Origin: Chlamydiota bacterium | GTDB lineage: Bacteria > Chlamydiota > Chlamydiia > Chlamydiales > JABHNK01 | Assembly: GCA_051744985.1 (NCBI GenBank) | Contig: JBNJDP010000004.1 | Span: 1-53,745, forward strand | DNA: 53,745 nucleotides | Direction of reading: 5' to 3' | Program-made: the position numbers and the translations under genes | Part shown: one piece after another, positions 10,222 to 19,716 of the stretch | Position numbering within the stretch: the stretch's first letter is position 1 | Layout of the letters: the number at the start of each line of letters is the position of its first letter | The notes under the pieces: generated by a model | Seen by the model: only the letters and a program-made list of their open reading frames with translations | What the model was told of the DNA's origin: nothing | The model's database searches: none

Positions 10222-10409
10222 ATTAAGGTCATCATAACTAATCGGGTTTTCGTGATAAAGATTTTTTCCTTTCACAAAACTCTGGAGGGCAATCCGTCTC
10301 GTGATATCTTCTAACATCACAGGTTAAAGAAAAGGTTGACAAATTCCAAGGGTGAGGAGAAGAATGAAATTAAATTATTAATGTAAAACATTCTTTGGAG
10401 GAGGTGTTT

Positions 10410-10598
10410 ATGAAAGCTTATGTAGATCAAGAACTTTGTACTGGATGCGGTGCTTGCGTTGAAACATGCCCACAAGTTTTTGAAATGAGCGAAGGAAAAG
10501 CTTACGCTTATGCTGAAGCCGTTCCAGCAGACGCTCAAGATGATTGTCACGATGCTGCTGATGGATGTCCTGTAGATGCTATCAGTATCGAAGAATAG
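10410..10598 (+). CDS. fdx: Small ferredoxin (single [4Fe-4S]/[3Fe-4S] cluster type)
   Basis: 62 aa: MKAYVDQELCTGCGACVETCPQVF...DGCPVDAISIEE, i.e. CxxCxxC...CP plus a distal CP. GGAGGAGG precedes the ATG at 10410; the TTG start at 10395 in the ORF track is unlikely. Confidence 0.85.
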   Translation: MKAYVDQELCTGCGACVETCPQVFEMSEGKAYAYAEAVPADAQDDCHDAADGCPVDAISIEE

Positions 10599-10679
10599 CT
10601 ATTCCTTCAGGGAAAAGAGGCGGGGCGAAAATTTGTGGCCCGGCATAATAGAAACATGCTAACCATTTGAGGTAGAAGG

Positions 10680-11102
10680 ATGGAAGGTGAAGTGGGTAAA
10701 GATGGATTTCCGCCTCAGCATCAAGATAGATCTCCTGGGATCGAAGCTGAGATGACCCCGCAACCATTATGTCTAGGTAAGTGGTATCGTGGGAGTTCTC
10801 ATCTGCTTGACTATAGCACTACCAAGGCTGCAGAAATTGGCTTTACTCGCTCGATGGCTCGTATTGTGGGTAAAAGAGGTATAAGAGTCAACGCTGTAGC
10901 TCCCGGACCGGTTTGGACACCTTTAACGCCTTCAACTTTTGATGAAGAGCATGTTAAAACTTTTGGGCAGCATACCTTAATGGGTAGAGCAGCATAGCCC
11001 GAAGAGATAGCTCCGAGTTATGTTTTTCTAGCAGCTCATGACTCCATTTATTTTACAGGATCAGTTTTACATCCTGATGGGGGATTAATCGTTAATGACT
11101 AG
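10680..11102 (+). pseudogene. Decayed short-chain dehydrogenase/reductase (YghA/YhxC-like general-stress SDR)
   Basis: N-terminal residues (..[23 protein letters not shown]) run directly into the catalytic YxxxK segment ([11 protein letters not shown]...[16 protein letters not shown]), so the whole Rossmann NAD(P)-binding part is missing. An in-frame TAG at 10995-10997 is followed by 34 more in-frame SDR-like codons (PEEIAPSYVFLAAHDSIYFTGSVLHPDGG...). Confidence 0.8.
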
Positions 11103-11107
11103 GTTAT

Positions 11108-12316
11108 ATGATGAATAAGAATATCGTAATTATCGGAGGAGGCTTTGGAGGGTTAGCGGCTTATGATTATTTAATCCGCAACGATAATCAGCTGCCTGAG
11201 GGTTATAAAATTATCTTAGTAGATCAAAAAAAGACCTTCGATTATCTGCCTATGGTTCCCGATGTTTTGGCTGGCTGGCTTGAGCCTCAGCATGCTGTGG
11301 TTGACTTGGCAGGTTATGTTAAAAAGCGTCGAGGGGAATTTATCCTCGGTAGTTTAGAAGAAATTGACCAGGATAATAAGAAGCTTAAAATAGAAGGTAG
11401 GTGGCTTGATTATGAGCAGCTTATCATAGCTGCTGGAGGTGAGGTTAACTATTATGGACTTGAACAAGCTAAAGAGCACTGCTTACCCCTTAATTCTGTC
11501 CAAGGAGCCTTGTCTATCCAGGAAGCCTTACGGCGAAAGTGTCGCCACCACTTGCCTCCTGAAGTTGTAGTAGTGGGAGGCGGTTATACAGGAGTGGAGA
11601 CTGCTCTAAGTATTCATTACCTGGCGCGAGAAAATCAGCAGGCTGTTCGCATTACAATAATCGAGAAAACTCCTCAAATTTTGAGTGGGTTACCGGATTC
11701 TATAAGGCAGCAAGCTGAAAAAGAGTTAGATAAAAGAAGTATACCTATCCTAACCGAAGAAACTCTCCAAACATGTACCGATGATGTCGTGGTGACGAGC
11801 TCAGGAAGAACTTTTGACAATGCTCTCTGTATCTGGTCGGCAGGAGTTAGAGCACCCCTTTGCTTAAGTTGCTTGCAGGGAGAGAAGGCGTCTTCGCGAG
11901 TAAAAGTTAATGAAACCCTTCAACCCGTTGGTGATTATCCTTCTAATATATTTATTATAGGCGATTGTGCCGCTTTTACAGCACTTGATAGTGAATATCC
12001 TTTAAGGATGTCAATTATGTTTGCTTTAGAAGAAGGAAAGATCGCAGCAGAAAATATCCTTCGTTCCTTAGCAGGTAAGGATCTTAAAAAATATAACCCT
12101 GTAGACTTAGGCTATCTTATTCCCCTTGTTTATCACAAGGCTCCTGGGAAGGTTCTAGGATTTAAAGTCCCGGGGTGGTTAGGGTATTTATTGCATTATC
12201 TTTTATGCCTTTATCGAGCTAAGGCAGAGAATATTCCTGGTATTTTGAAGGACCTTATAGTAGGTAGAATCCTACATAAAAAAGGTGTGAAGATTAAAGA
12301 TGAAGAAAGAGGTTAG
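11108..12316 (+). CDS. ndh: Type II NADH:quinone oxidoreductase-like FAD-dependent oxidoreductase
   Basis: 402 aa with two dinucleotide-binding motifs (IVIIGGGFGGLAA and VVVVGGGYTGVETA), IIGDCAAF, and a hydrophobic C-terminal helix. A sulfide:quinone reductase cannot be excluded. Confidence 0.7.
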   Translation: MMNKNIVIIGGGFGGLAAYDYLIRNDNQLPEGYKIILVDQKKTFDYLPMVPDVLAGWLEPQHAVVDLAGYVKKRRGEFILGSLEEIDQDNKKLKIEGRWLDYEQLIIAAGGEVNYYGLEQAKEHCLPLNSVQGALSIQEALRRKCRHHLPPEVVVVGGGYTGVETALSIHYLARENQQAVRITIIEKTPQILSGLPDSIRQQAEKELDKRSIPILTEETLQTCTDDVVVTSSGRTFDNALCIWSAGVRAPLCLSCLQGEKASSRVKVNETLQPVGDYPSNIFIIGDCAAFTALDSEYPLRMSIMFALEEGKIAAENILRSLAGKDLKKYNPVDLGYLIPLVYHKAPGKVLGFKVPGWLGYLLHYLLCLYRAKAENIPGILKDLIVGRILHKKGVKIKDEERG

Positions 12317-12379
12317 TGACAAAGCTTTTATTGTTAAGGTAGCTTATTAACCTATTATATAAATAACAGAGGGACAGGT

Positions 12380-15214
12380 ATGTATTTAATATTGTTTGTA
12401 TTTCTTATCGCTGCTAGCATCTATTGCTTGCAACGAGGGATAAACTCTCGCAACCATTGGTATAGTGCAGCTGGAGTTGCTTTATTGGCCTTGGTAAGCG
12501 CTTTTTTGTTGGGGGCAAAAATTTGGGTTGAAGCCCTCTGGTTTGGGGAGTTGGACTATATTGGCCGCTTTTGGACCGAAATCTTTGCCAAAGCCGGATT
12601 TAGCATCGTTAGTGGTTTGATAACCTTGGGGGTGATGTATCTCTTGACCTGGTACTTGGCGAATATTAGACCTATTATCAGAAGGACTGTTCTTATCATA
12701 AGTGCTTTTATAGGTCTGGGCTGGGGTTATCTTAATTGGGCTTTAATTTTGAAATTTTGGTATAGCACCCTTGCAGGGGTGAGCGACCCTATTCTAGAAA
12801 GAGACATAAGTTTTTATCTTTTTAGCCTTCCATTGTATCAGAGCATCTATGTTTTGGTTCTTTTTTTGGCGATGTTGAGCGTAGCAGCTTATATGCTTGC
12901 TTTGCTGGGGCGCATTCATTCTTGGATCCGAGGCATGGAAATCCCTCACCATTTATCGGGAGGGCGTGCCATCTATTCGGGACTTTATCTTAGTGCTGCG
13001 GCTTTGATCTTTGTTTTAGCCTGGGGACGCTATTTAGATCGTTTTCGGCTACTCTTTTCAAAATGGGGCGTAGTCAACGGAGCCGGCTGGACAGATGTTA
13101 ATGTGCGCCTTCCCGCCTATTGGGTAGTGATAGCGGTGATGGTGCTAGTGGGAGTTTTTTTGTTGATAACGCCTTGGAGAAGAAAGTTCGTCGATCAGTT
13201 AACCCACGATGCTCGTGGTGTTAATAAACATCTGACATTTTTTATTTCGGCAGCTATAGCAATAGGTGGGGTAACTTTTATTGCTTTAGGGGTAATCCCT
13301 GCTTTGTTTCAGTGGCTGCTAGTAGAGCCTAATGAAATCTCTTATGAAAGTCCTTATATTGACAATAATATCCAATTTACCCGACAGGCTTTTAAGCTAA
13401 ACACTGTTCAGGTGCGTGATTTTCCGGCGGTAGAAAGTTTTGGGAAACAGGATGTCGCTGAAAGTTCTCAAGTTTTCGACAATATCCGCTTATGGGATCG
13501 GCGTGCTTTGCAGGAAGTTTATAACCAGTTTCAGGAAATACGCCTTTATTATAATTTCTATGATGTCGATGTCGATCGATATAATATCGACGGTAAATAT
13601 AGTCAGGTGATGATTTCCGCTAGAGAAATGCAGCCTAGCAACTTGCCTGCGCGCAGTCAGACTTTTGTCAACAAACGCTTCAAGTATACTCATGGTTATG
13701 GGATAACACTTACAAAGGTTAACGAATTCACTCCAGATGGATTACCCAACCTCTTAATCAAGGATATTCCGCCTAAGTGGGAGTATCCTAACTTGGCTGT
13801 CGATAGGCCCGAAATCTATTACGGTGAGCTAACCTATGACCCTGTGATTGCTAACTCTTCGGAAAAAGAGTTCGACTACCCCAAGGGCGACAAAAACGTC
13901 TATACTCATTATCAGGGACAGGGGGGTATTCCCATCAGCAACTTATGGCGCAAGTTTTTGTTTGGGTGGCGCTTTGATGGTACTACACTGTTTGTTTCAA
14001 ACTACCCTACTCCTGATAGTCGGATGATGTACCGCCGTCAGATAAAAGAGAGAGCTAAAGCTTTAGCTCCTTTCTTAGACTTTGATGACGATGCCTATGT
14101 GGTGCTGGCTGATGGTAAGCTTTATTGGATACTTGATGCCTATACCAGTACTAACTACTATCCTTATAGCGAGGAGTTTACTCTCGAGGGTATTGAGGGC
14201 TATACACAAGGACGCCAGTCAGAATTTTTTAAGTCCAAGAGACGAGGGCCTTTCATGAAATCTGCAAATTATCTACGTAATTCTGTAAAGGTTGTTATCG
14301 ATGCTTATGATGGTTCAGCGGATTTTTATGTTTTCGATCCGCAAGATCCTATTATCAAGGTCTGGCAAGCTATATTCCCTAGCATGTTTAAGGAACGGCA
14401 GGAAATGCCTACCAGCCTGATGGAGCATGTGAGATATCCGCGGGGATTCCTCTTAATGCAGGGGTTGGCCTACGCTAAATATCATATGAAAGATGTTGAT
14501 GTTTTTTATAACCAAGAAGATTTGTGGGTAAGAGCTACTGAAAAATATCGTGGGCAAGTTCAAGCTGTCGAACCTTATTATATTTTATGGCAGCCACCGG
14601 GGACCAATGAGGTTGAATTTATTTTGATGCAGCCTTTTACCCCTAAAAATAAACAGGTCTTGATAGGCTGGATCGCTGGGATGTGTGACGGCGATAATTA
14701 TGGTAAATTTTTAGCTTATCAATTCCCTAAAGAAAAAAGAGTCATCGGACCGCAGCAAGTCGAAACGAAAATCGACCAGGATGCTGAGCTTTCTTCTCAG
14801 CTCTCTCTTTGGGATCAACTAGGATCGAGAGTGATCAGAGGTAATGTTTTGGCTATGCCTATAGGGGAAATCTTGTTGTATGTTGAGCCTATCTATCTCC
14901 AGTCGGACACATCAGCTTATCCTGAGCTACGCTTGGTAGTTTTGATGCATAACGATAATCTAGCTTATGCCGAAAATTTTCCAGAAGCTTTGAAAGTATT
15001 ATTGGGTGAATCTACCAGTAATATTAAAGGTGTTCCTGCAGGGATGAGCGATAAAACTTCCCTTAACCAGCTTATCGAAGAAGCTGATAATTCTTTCGAT
15101 AGGTATTTGCGTAAGATGGGAGACCAAGATTTTGAAGGTGCTTCGGAAGCCCTTGATGATTTGCAAGATAAGCTGGAGAAGCTTATGGAAAAATCTCAAG
15201 ATAATTCTAGGTAA
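12380..15214 (+). CDS. UPF0182-family integral membrane protein
   Basis: 944 aa with about 7 N-terminal TM helices followed by a large soluble domain (..NIRLWDRRALQEVYNQFQEIRLYYNFYDVDVDRY..). Size and architecture match the UPF0182 family as I remember it. Confidence 0.6.
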   Translation: MYLILFVFLIAASIYCLQRGINSRNHWYSAAGVALLALVSAFLLGAKIWVEALWFGELDYIGRFWTEIFAKAGFSIVSGLITLGVMYLLTWYLANIRPIIRRTVLIISAFIGLGWGYLNWALILKFWYSTLAGVSDPILERDISFYLFSLPLYQSIYVLVLFLAMLSVAAYMLALLGRIHSWIRGMEIPHHLSGGRAIYSGLYLSAAALIFVLAWGRYLDRFRLLFSKWGVVNGAGWTDVNVRLPAYWVVIAVMVLVGVFLLITPWRRKFVDQLTHDARGVNKHLTFFISAAIAIGGVTFIALGVIPALFQWLLVEPNEISYESPYIDNNIQFTRQAFKLNTVQVRDFPAVESFGKQDVAESSQVFDNIRLWDRRALQEVYNQFQEIRLYYNFYDVDVDRYNIDGKYSQVMISAREMQPSNLPARSQTFVNKRFKYTHGYGITLTKVNEFTPDGLPNLLIKDIPPKWEYPNLAVDRPEIYYGELTYDPVIANSSEKEFDYPKGDKNVYTHYQGQGGIPISNLWRKFLFGWRFDGTTLFVSNYPTPDSRMMYRRQIKERAKALAPFLDFDDDAYVVLADGKLYWILDAYTSTNYYPYSEEFTLEGIEGYTQGRQSEFFKSKRRGPFMKSANYLRNSVKVVIDAYDGSADFYVFDPQDPIIKVWQAIFPSMFKERQEMPTSLMEHVRYPRGFLLMQGLAYAKYHMKDVDVFYNQEDLWVRATEKYRGQVQAVEPYYILWQPPGTNEVEFILMQPFTPKNKQVLIGWIAGMCDGDNYGKFLAYQFPKEKRVIGPQQVETKIDQDAELSSQLSLWDQLGSRVIRGNVLAMPIGEILLYVEPIYLQSDTSAYPELRLVVLMHNDNLAYAENFPEALKVLLGESTSNIKGVPAGMSDKTSLNQLIEEADNSFDRYLRKMGDQDFEGASEALDDLQDKLEKLMEKSQDNSR

Positions 15215-15223
15215 TAAGAACGG

Positions 15224-15250
15224 CGGGAGCCGTCATAGAGGCGGCTCCCG
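15224..15250 (+). terminator. Stem-loop after the UPF0182 gene (possible terminator)
   Basis: Perfect 9-bp GC-rich stem CGGGAGCCG / CGGCTCCCG with a 9-nt loop, 10 nt after the stop. The downstream T-run is weak (TAAAATTT). Confidence 0.45.
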
Positions 15251-15276
15251 TAAAATTTAATAAGGAGGAATTTATC

Positions 15277-15786
15277 ATGAAGATTGCAATCTTATTAGAA
15301 GATGACTATCAAGTTTTAGAAGCCTGGTACCCTTATTTTCGCCTTAGGGAAGAAGGTATAGAGACGGTTTTCGTCGGTTGTGGCGAAGAACAAGAATACC
15401 TCAGCAAGGAGGGGTATTCTGCTGTAGAAGAAATTTCTATCAATAATATTGATGCATCGGATTTCGATGGCGTTGTAATACCTGGTGGCTATGCTCCTGA
15501 CCATCTGCGTCGTTCAGGAGAGGTTACAAGTTTTGTAAAAAAGCTCTTCGAGCAACAAAAGTTGGTAGCTGCCATCTGTCATGCAGGGTGGGTACTCGTA
15601 TCAGCAGGTATCTTAAAGGGTAAAAAGGCCACCTGTTTTTCAGGAATAAAAGATGACATCATCAACGCAGGAGCAGAGTATAAAGATAAAGAAGTGGTTG
15701 TGGATGGTAACCTGATTACTTCTCGCAATCCTTACGATCTACCGGCGTTTTCAAAAGCTTTGATAAAATTTTTAAAAAATAAATGA
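15277..15786 (+). CDS. DJ-1/PfpI-family protein (type 1 glutamine amidotransferase-like)
   Basis: 169 aa with the nucleophile-elbow motif AAICHAGWVL and an overall PfpI/YhbO-like pattern. AGGAGG precedes the ATG. Confidence 0.85.
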   Translation: MKIAILLEDDYQVLEAWYPYFRLREEGIETVFVGCGEEQEYLSKEGYSAVEEISINNIDASDFDGVVIPGGYAPDHLRRSGEVTSFVKKLFEQQKLVAAICHAGWVLVSAGILKGKKATCFSGIKDDIINAGAEYKDKEVVVDGNLITSRNPYDLPAFSKALIKFLKNK

Positions 15787-15798
15787 TGAGGTAAAGTT

Positions 15799-16194
15799 AT
15801 GTATGGTTGGGCTAGCTTACCATTAAGGATCGGGTTGGGGATAATGTTTATCGCTCACGGTATGCAAAAAGTTTTTGGAGCTTTTGGCGGATCCGGCATC
15901 GGAGGTTTTGAAGTATTGCTGAATGACCTAGGCTTTACTATGCCCTTGTTTTGGGCGTATTTTGCAGCTTATACGGAATTGCTAGGAGGTCTATGTTTAT
16001 TATTAGGAATCTTTACTCGTATAGCTGCTTCGGCACTTTTTATCTTGATTGTAGTCGCTGGGGTCACTGTTCACTTGAATAGTGGTTTTTTTGCTAACAA
16101 CAATGGCATTGAGTATCCTTTGGTAATAGCCAGCGCAACACTTTCTTTAGCATTGCTAGGCTCGGGGAGGTACGCTTTAAGCCACAGGTTTTAG
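15799..16194 (+). CDS. DoxX-family membrane protein
   Basis: 131 aa with four hydrophobic helices and a DoxX-like N-terminus LRIGLGIMFIAHGMQKVFGAFGG. Confidence 0.75.
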   Translation: MYGWASLPLRIGLGIMFIAHGMQKVFGAFGGSGIGGFEVLLNDLGFTMPLFWAYFAAYTELLGGLCLLLGIFTRIAASALFILIVVAGVTVHLNSGFFANNNGIEYPLVIASATLSLALLGSGRYALSHRF

Positions 16195-16334
16195 CACTCC
16201 CTATTGATGATATGCCTTATGATTGAAATTAGGTCACAATCGTAGGGCTAGAGAGGGAGTTTCTACTTTATGGGAATGAAGTTATTTTGTTATAAGTATA
16301 TCTCTTTTATACAACAATAAATTGGAATATACTT

Positions 16335-18740
16335 ATGAAACTTCCTCTCTCCTGGTTAAAAGAATATGTTGAAATCGAGCATTCTCCCGAAGAGGTTGCG
16401 CACCTACTTACTATGGCAGGTTTAGAAGTCGATGCCGTAGAATATTACCGGCCTCCTTTTACGGGAGTAGTGGTAGGAGAAGTTTTGGAAACAACTCCTC
16501 ATCCCGATGCTGATAAACTTTGCCAAGCTAAAGTTTTTGATGGTCAAGAAACTCATGATCTTATCTGTGGAGCGCCTAACTGCCGCCCCGGCTTACGAAC
16601 GGCTTTTGCTAAGGTAGGCGGTGTCTTAAAAGATGCTAAAGGTAAAGATTTTAAGATCAAAAAGTCCAAAATTCGCGGTATAGAATCTTATGGCATGCTA
16701 TGCTCGGGAAGCGAGCTTCAGCTTACCGATGAGCATAATGGTATTTTGGAGCTTGGCACTGAATATCCTTTGGGTGCTGACCTTTCTTTGCAATTTAGCG
16801 AAGTCGTTTTTGAAATTTCCTTAACGCCAAACCTTGGCCATTGTAATAGTGTGCTGGGGATAGCACGGGAATTTGCTGCTTTAACAGGTAGCCCTCTCAA
16901 AATTCATCCTAGTCATGTTGTTGAAGATGAGCAGGAGTCTATCCATAAGCTTGCTCAAGTGTTGGTTGAAGACCGTCAGCACTGTTTGCGTTATGGATGT
17001 CGGGTGTTAAAAGATGTTTGTATTGGGCCTTCACCCCTTTGGTTGCAGACGAAGTTAATGCACTGTGGGGTTCGTAGCGTTAACAATGTTGTCGATATTA
17101 CCAACTTAGTGATGATGGAGCTTGGGCAGCCTATACATGCTTTTGACTATGATTTAATATCTGGACATCAAGTGACAATAAGAGCTGCTAAGCCAGGAGA
17201 GAAACTGATAACCCTAGACGGGGTAGAAAGGAGTTTGAATGAAGAGTCTTTACTGATTTGCGACCATGAGAAACCCCTTGCTTTAGCAGGTATTATGGGT
17301 GGTGAAAACTCAGAGGTCACCGACAGTACGGCTAATGTTTTAATTGAAGCTGCTTATTTTGAGCCTACTAATATCAGGCGTACTAGCAAAGCTTTAGGGG
17401 TGTCGACGGAGTCTTCTAAACGTTTTGAGCGTGGTGTCGATCCTAACAATGTTATCGAAGCTCTCGATAAGGTTGCCGAGCTTATCAACACTTTAGCAGG
17501 AGGTAAGGTAGCTCAGGGGGTTATCGATATTAAAGAAGTTGAATTTCACGAAAAAGTTGTTACCTGTAGGCTGTCACGTATCAATAAGATTTTAGGTATG
17601 CAGCTGGCCGTCGGAGAAATTCAGGATATCTTCAAGCGCCTGCAATTTTTTAACCAGTGGGATGGTGATGATACTTTTAGTATTAGAGTTCCTTCTTTTC
17701 GTCATGACATTCAACAAGAAATCGATCTTATCGAGGAGGTTGTCAGAGTCTATGGTTATGAGAATATCCCTAAAGATGAGGTAGCTTTTTCGATATCGAA
17801 AATACCCCATGCCCCTATATATCTGTTGGAAAAAGAAGTGCGCCAGCGGTTGATAGCTGAAGGGTTGCAGGATTTCATCAATTGTGATTTGATCAGCCCT
17901 TCCCAAGCTGAATTATGGGCAGACAATTCTGCTTCTTTGGTAAAAATTATTAACCCCACCTCTACTGAGCAGTCAGTATTGCGCCCTTCTTTGCTTCCTG
18001 GGCTTTTGGAAGTCATCAAACACAACTTCCACCATGATACTTATGATGTCAGCGGCTTTGAAGTAGGACGTATTCATTATAAGGCGGGGGATGATTATTA
18101 TGAAAATTCTATGGCTGCAATAGTTTTGACCGGCAATAGCTCTTATCCTCATTGGAGTGAAGAAGGTTCTGAAGTGGATTTTTTTAGCATCAAAGGTATT
18201 GTTGAAAACCTTTTTGCTGGCTTGGAATTAGAAAACTTAACCTTTAAAAGGTCACAACTTCCGGTTTTTCATCCAGGCCGTCAGGCTTCCATCTTCAAAG
18301 ATGAAATTGATATCGGCGTCATCGGTGAGCTTCATCCAGCCCTTTTAAGTCAGCAAGGTGTAGGCCAGCGGATTTTTTTCGCTGAGATCAACCTCGACAA
18401 TATTCTAAAGATGCAGCCTCACACTAAAACCATGGAGCCTTTACCTCAATACCCAGGCTCAGAACGTGATTGGACTATTACCATTAAAGAGGACCTGCCT
18501 ATCCAGGATATTATAGACATTATGGAAGAAGCTCCTTCTAAATTATTAAAGGAAGTGTCTTTTGTAGGACAATATTATGATGAGCAAAAAGTCGGCTCGG
18601 GATGGAAAAACGTTACCTTCAATATGCTTTATCGCAGTGATAAAAAAACTGTCTCTTTAGCAGCTGTTGAAAAAGACCATGCTAAGGTTGTTAGTTATAC
18701 CCTAGAAAAGCTTGAAAAAAAGGATTTAATACGTGTCTAA
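16335..18740 (+). CDS. pheT: Phenylalanine--tRNA ligase beta subunit
   Basis: 801 aa with the canonical N-terminus MKLPLSWLKEYV and a tRNA-binding domain (..HPDADKLCQAKV..), B3/4, B5 and C-terminal FDX-ACB-like regions. No pheS is adjacent. Confidence 0.95.
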   Translation: MKLPLSWLKEYVEIEHSPEEVAHLLTMAGLEVDAVEYYRPPFTGVVVGEVLETTPHPDADKLCQAKVFDGQETHDLICGAPNCRPGLRTAFAKVGGVLKDAKGKDFKIKKSKIRGIESYGMLCSGSELQLTDEHNGILELGTEYPLGADLSLQFSEVVFEISLTPNLGHCNSVLGIAREFAALTGSPLKIHPSHVVEDEQESIHKLAQVLVEDRQHCLRYGCRVLKDVCIGPSPLWLQTKLMHCGVRSVNNVVDITNLVMMELGQPIHAFDYDLISGHQVTIRAAKPGEKLITLDGVERSLNEESLLICDHEKPLALAGIMGGENSEVTDSTANVLIEAAYFEPTNIRRTSKALGVSTESSKRFERGVDPNNVIEALDKVAELINTLAGGKVAQGVIDIKEVEFHEKVVTCRLSRINKILGMQLAVGEIQDIFKRLQFFNQWDGDDTFSIRVPSFRHDIQQEIDLIEEVVRVYGYENIPKDEVAFSISKIPHAPIYLLEKEVRQRLIAEGLQDFINCDLISPSQAELWADNSASLVKIINPTSTEQSVLRPSLLPGLLEVIKHNFHHDTYDVSGFEVGRIHYKAGDDYYENSMAAIVLTGNSSYPHWSEEGSEVDFFSIKGIVENLFAGLELENLTFKRSQLPVFHPGRQASIFKDEIDIGVIGELHPALLSQQGVGQRIFFAEINLDNILKMQPHTKTMEPLPQYPGSERDWTITIKEDLPIQDIIDIMEEAPSKLLKEVSFVGQYYDEQKVGSGWKNVTFNMLYRSDKKTVSLAAVEKDHAKVVSYTLEKLEKKDLIRV

Positions 18741-18771
18741 TAGAATAAAATTAACAACAACAGGTTTTGTG

Positions 18772-19716
18772 ATGAAAAAAATATTAACATCAGCTTTTTT
18801 AACTGTTTTAATGCTTACTAGTGTGCAATGCACAAAAACCTCTCATGGAGTGGTTAAAGAGCAATATGTTCATCAATATGGTGTTACTTTAAATAAGAGT
18901 GACTGGATGAACCGCGGAGGCAATGGACAGATAATTTCCACATTGAAAAATGGAGTGCTGGTTACTAAGAACTACCGCGGTGGAGTTCTAGAAGGTAAGA
19001 CCACTTATACTTTCCCTCACAGCCTTACAGTCGCTAAAGTCAAAGAATACCGCGACGGTAACCTCGTTATGGTTACCGATAATTACACTGCTGGAACACC
19101 GTTGCGGTGTCAGGAATTTTTGGATGAAAATGCTGTAAAACTTACCAGCTGGTATCCTTCCGGAACGCCTAAAAGCATAGAAACTTTTAACGGAGGTCTT
19201 TTAGTTTCCGGTGAATATTTCGACCGTGAAAATAAAAAAGATTCTGCTGTTAAAGACATGAACGGCAATCGCATTGTGCGCGATGAATATGGTGAGATGA
19301 TTTCCGAAGATGTTATCGAAGAAGGGGAGCTTGTGGTAAGCAAAACTTTTTACCACTCAGGAACGCCTAAAAGTATTACGGAATTTAATGATGGCATGAT
19401 TGATGGTAAGCGCCAGACTTTTCTCCCTAATGGAGAGCCTCTAGCTGTTGAAAATTGGATCGAAGGCCGCCAAGACGGTGTTACCGTAGTCTTTAAAGAC
19501 GGTGCTAAATTCGCCGAAGTACCTTATGTTAATGGGGTTAAACATGGTGTTGAAAAGCGCTTTAAGCAAGAAGATTTTGTTGCAGAGAAGATTACATGGG
19601 AAAATGGAAGTCGTACTGGACCTACCTATTACTATGTTGACGGTAATAAAGAGGTCGAATGGTACTTAGAAGGCAAAAAAGTTTCTAAGCTGACTTATGA
19701 AGAAAGGCACCGTTAA
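18772..19716 (+). CDS. Secreted, possibly lipid-anchored, MORN-variant repeat protein (YwqK-like repeats)
   Basis: Signal peptide MKKILTSAFLTVLMLTSVQC, then repeated units of the type W/FYxSGTPKSIxxFNxGxxxGxxxxF. The start is taken at ATG 18772 rather than the GTG at 18733. Confidence 0.6.
   Translation: MKKILTSAFLTVLMLTSVQCTKTSHGVVKEQYVHQYGVTLNKSDWMNRGGNGQIISTLKNGVLVTKNYRGGVLEGKTTYTFPHSLTVAKVKEYRDGNLVMVTDNYTAGTPLRCQEFLDENAVKLTSWYPSGTPKSIETFNGGLLVSGEYFDRENKKDSAVKDMNGNRIVRDEYGEMISEDVIEEGELVVSKTFYHSGTPKSITEFNDGMIDGKRQTFLPNGEPLAVENWIEGRQDGVTVVFKDGAKFAEVPYVNGVKHGVEKRFKQEDFVAEKITWENGSRTGPTYYYVDGNKEVEWYLEGKKVSKLTYEERHR

Noticed and set aside
16191-16217. Second exact TTAGCACTC (CIRCE half-site) overlapping the doxX stop codon
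   Set aside because: The sequence 9 nt downstream (GATATGCCT) matches the second arm at only 2 of 9 positions, and no heat-shock gene follows. This is probably a chance 9-mer.
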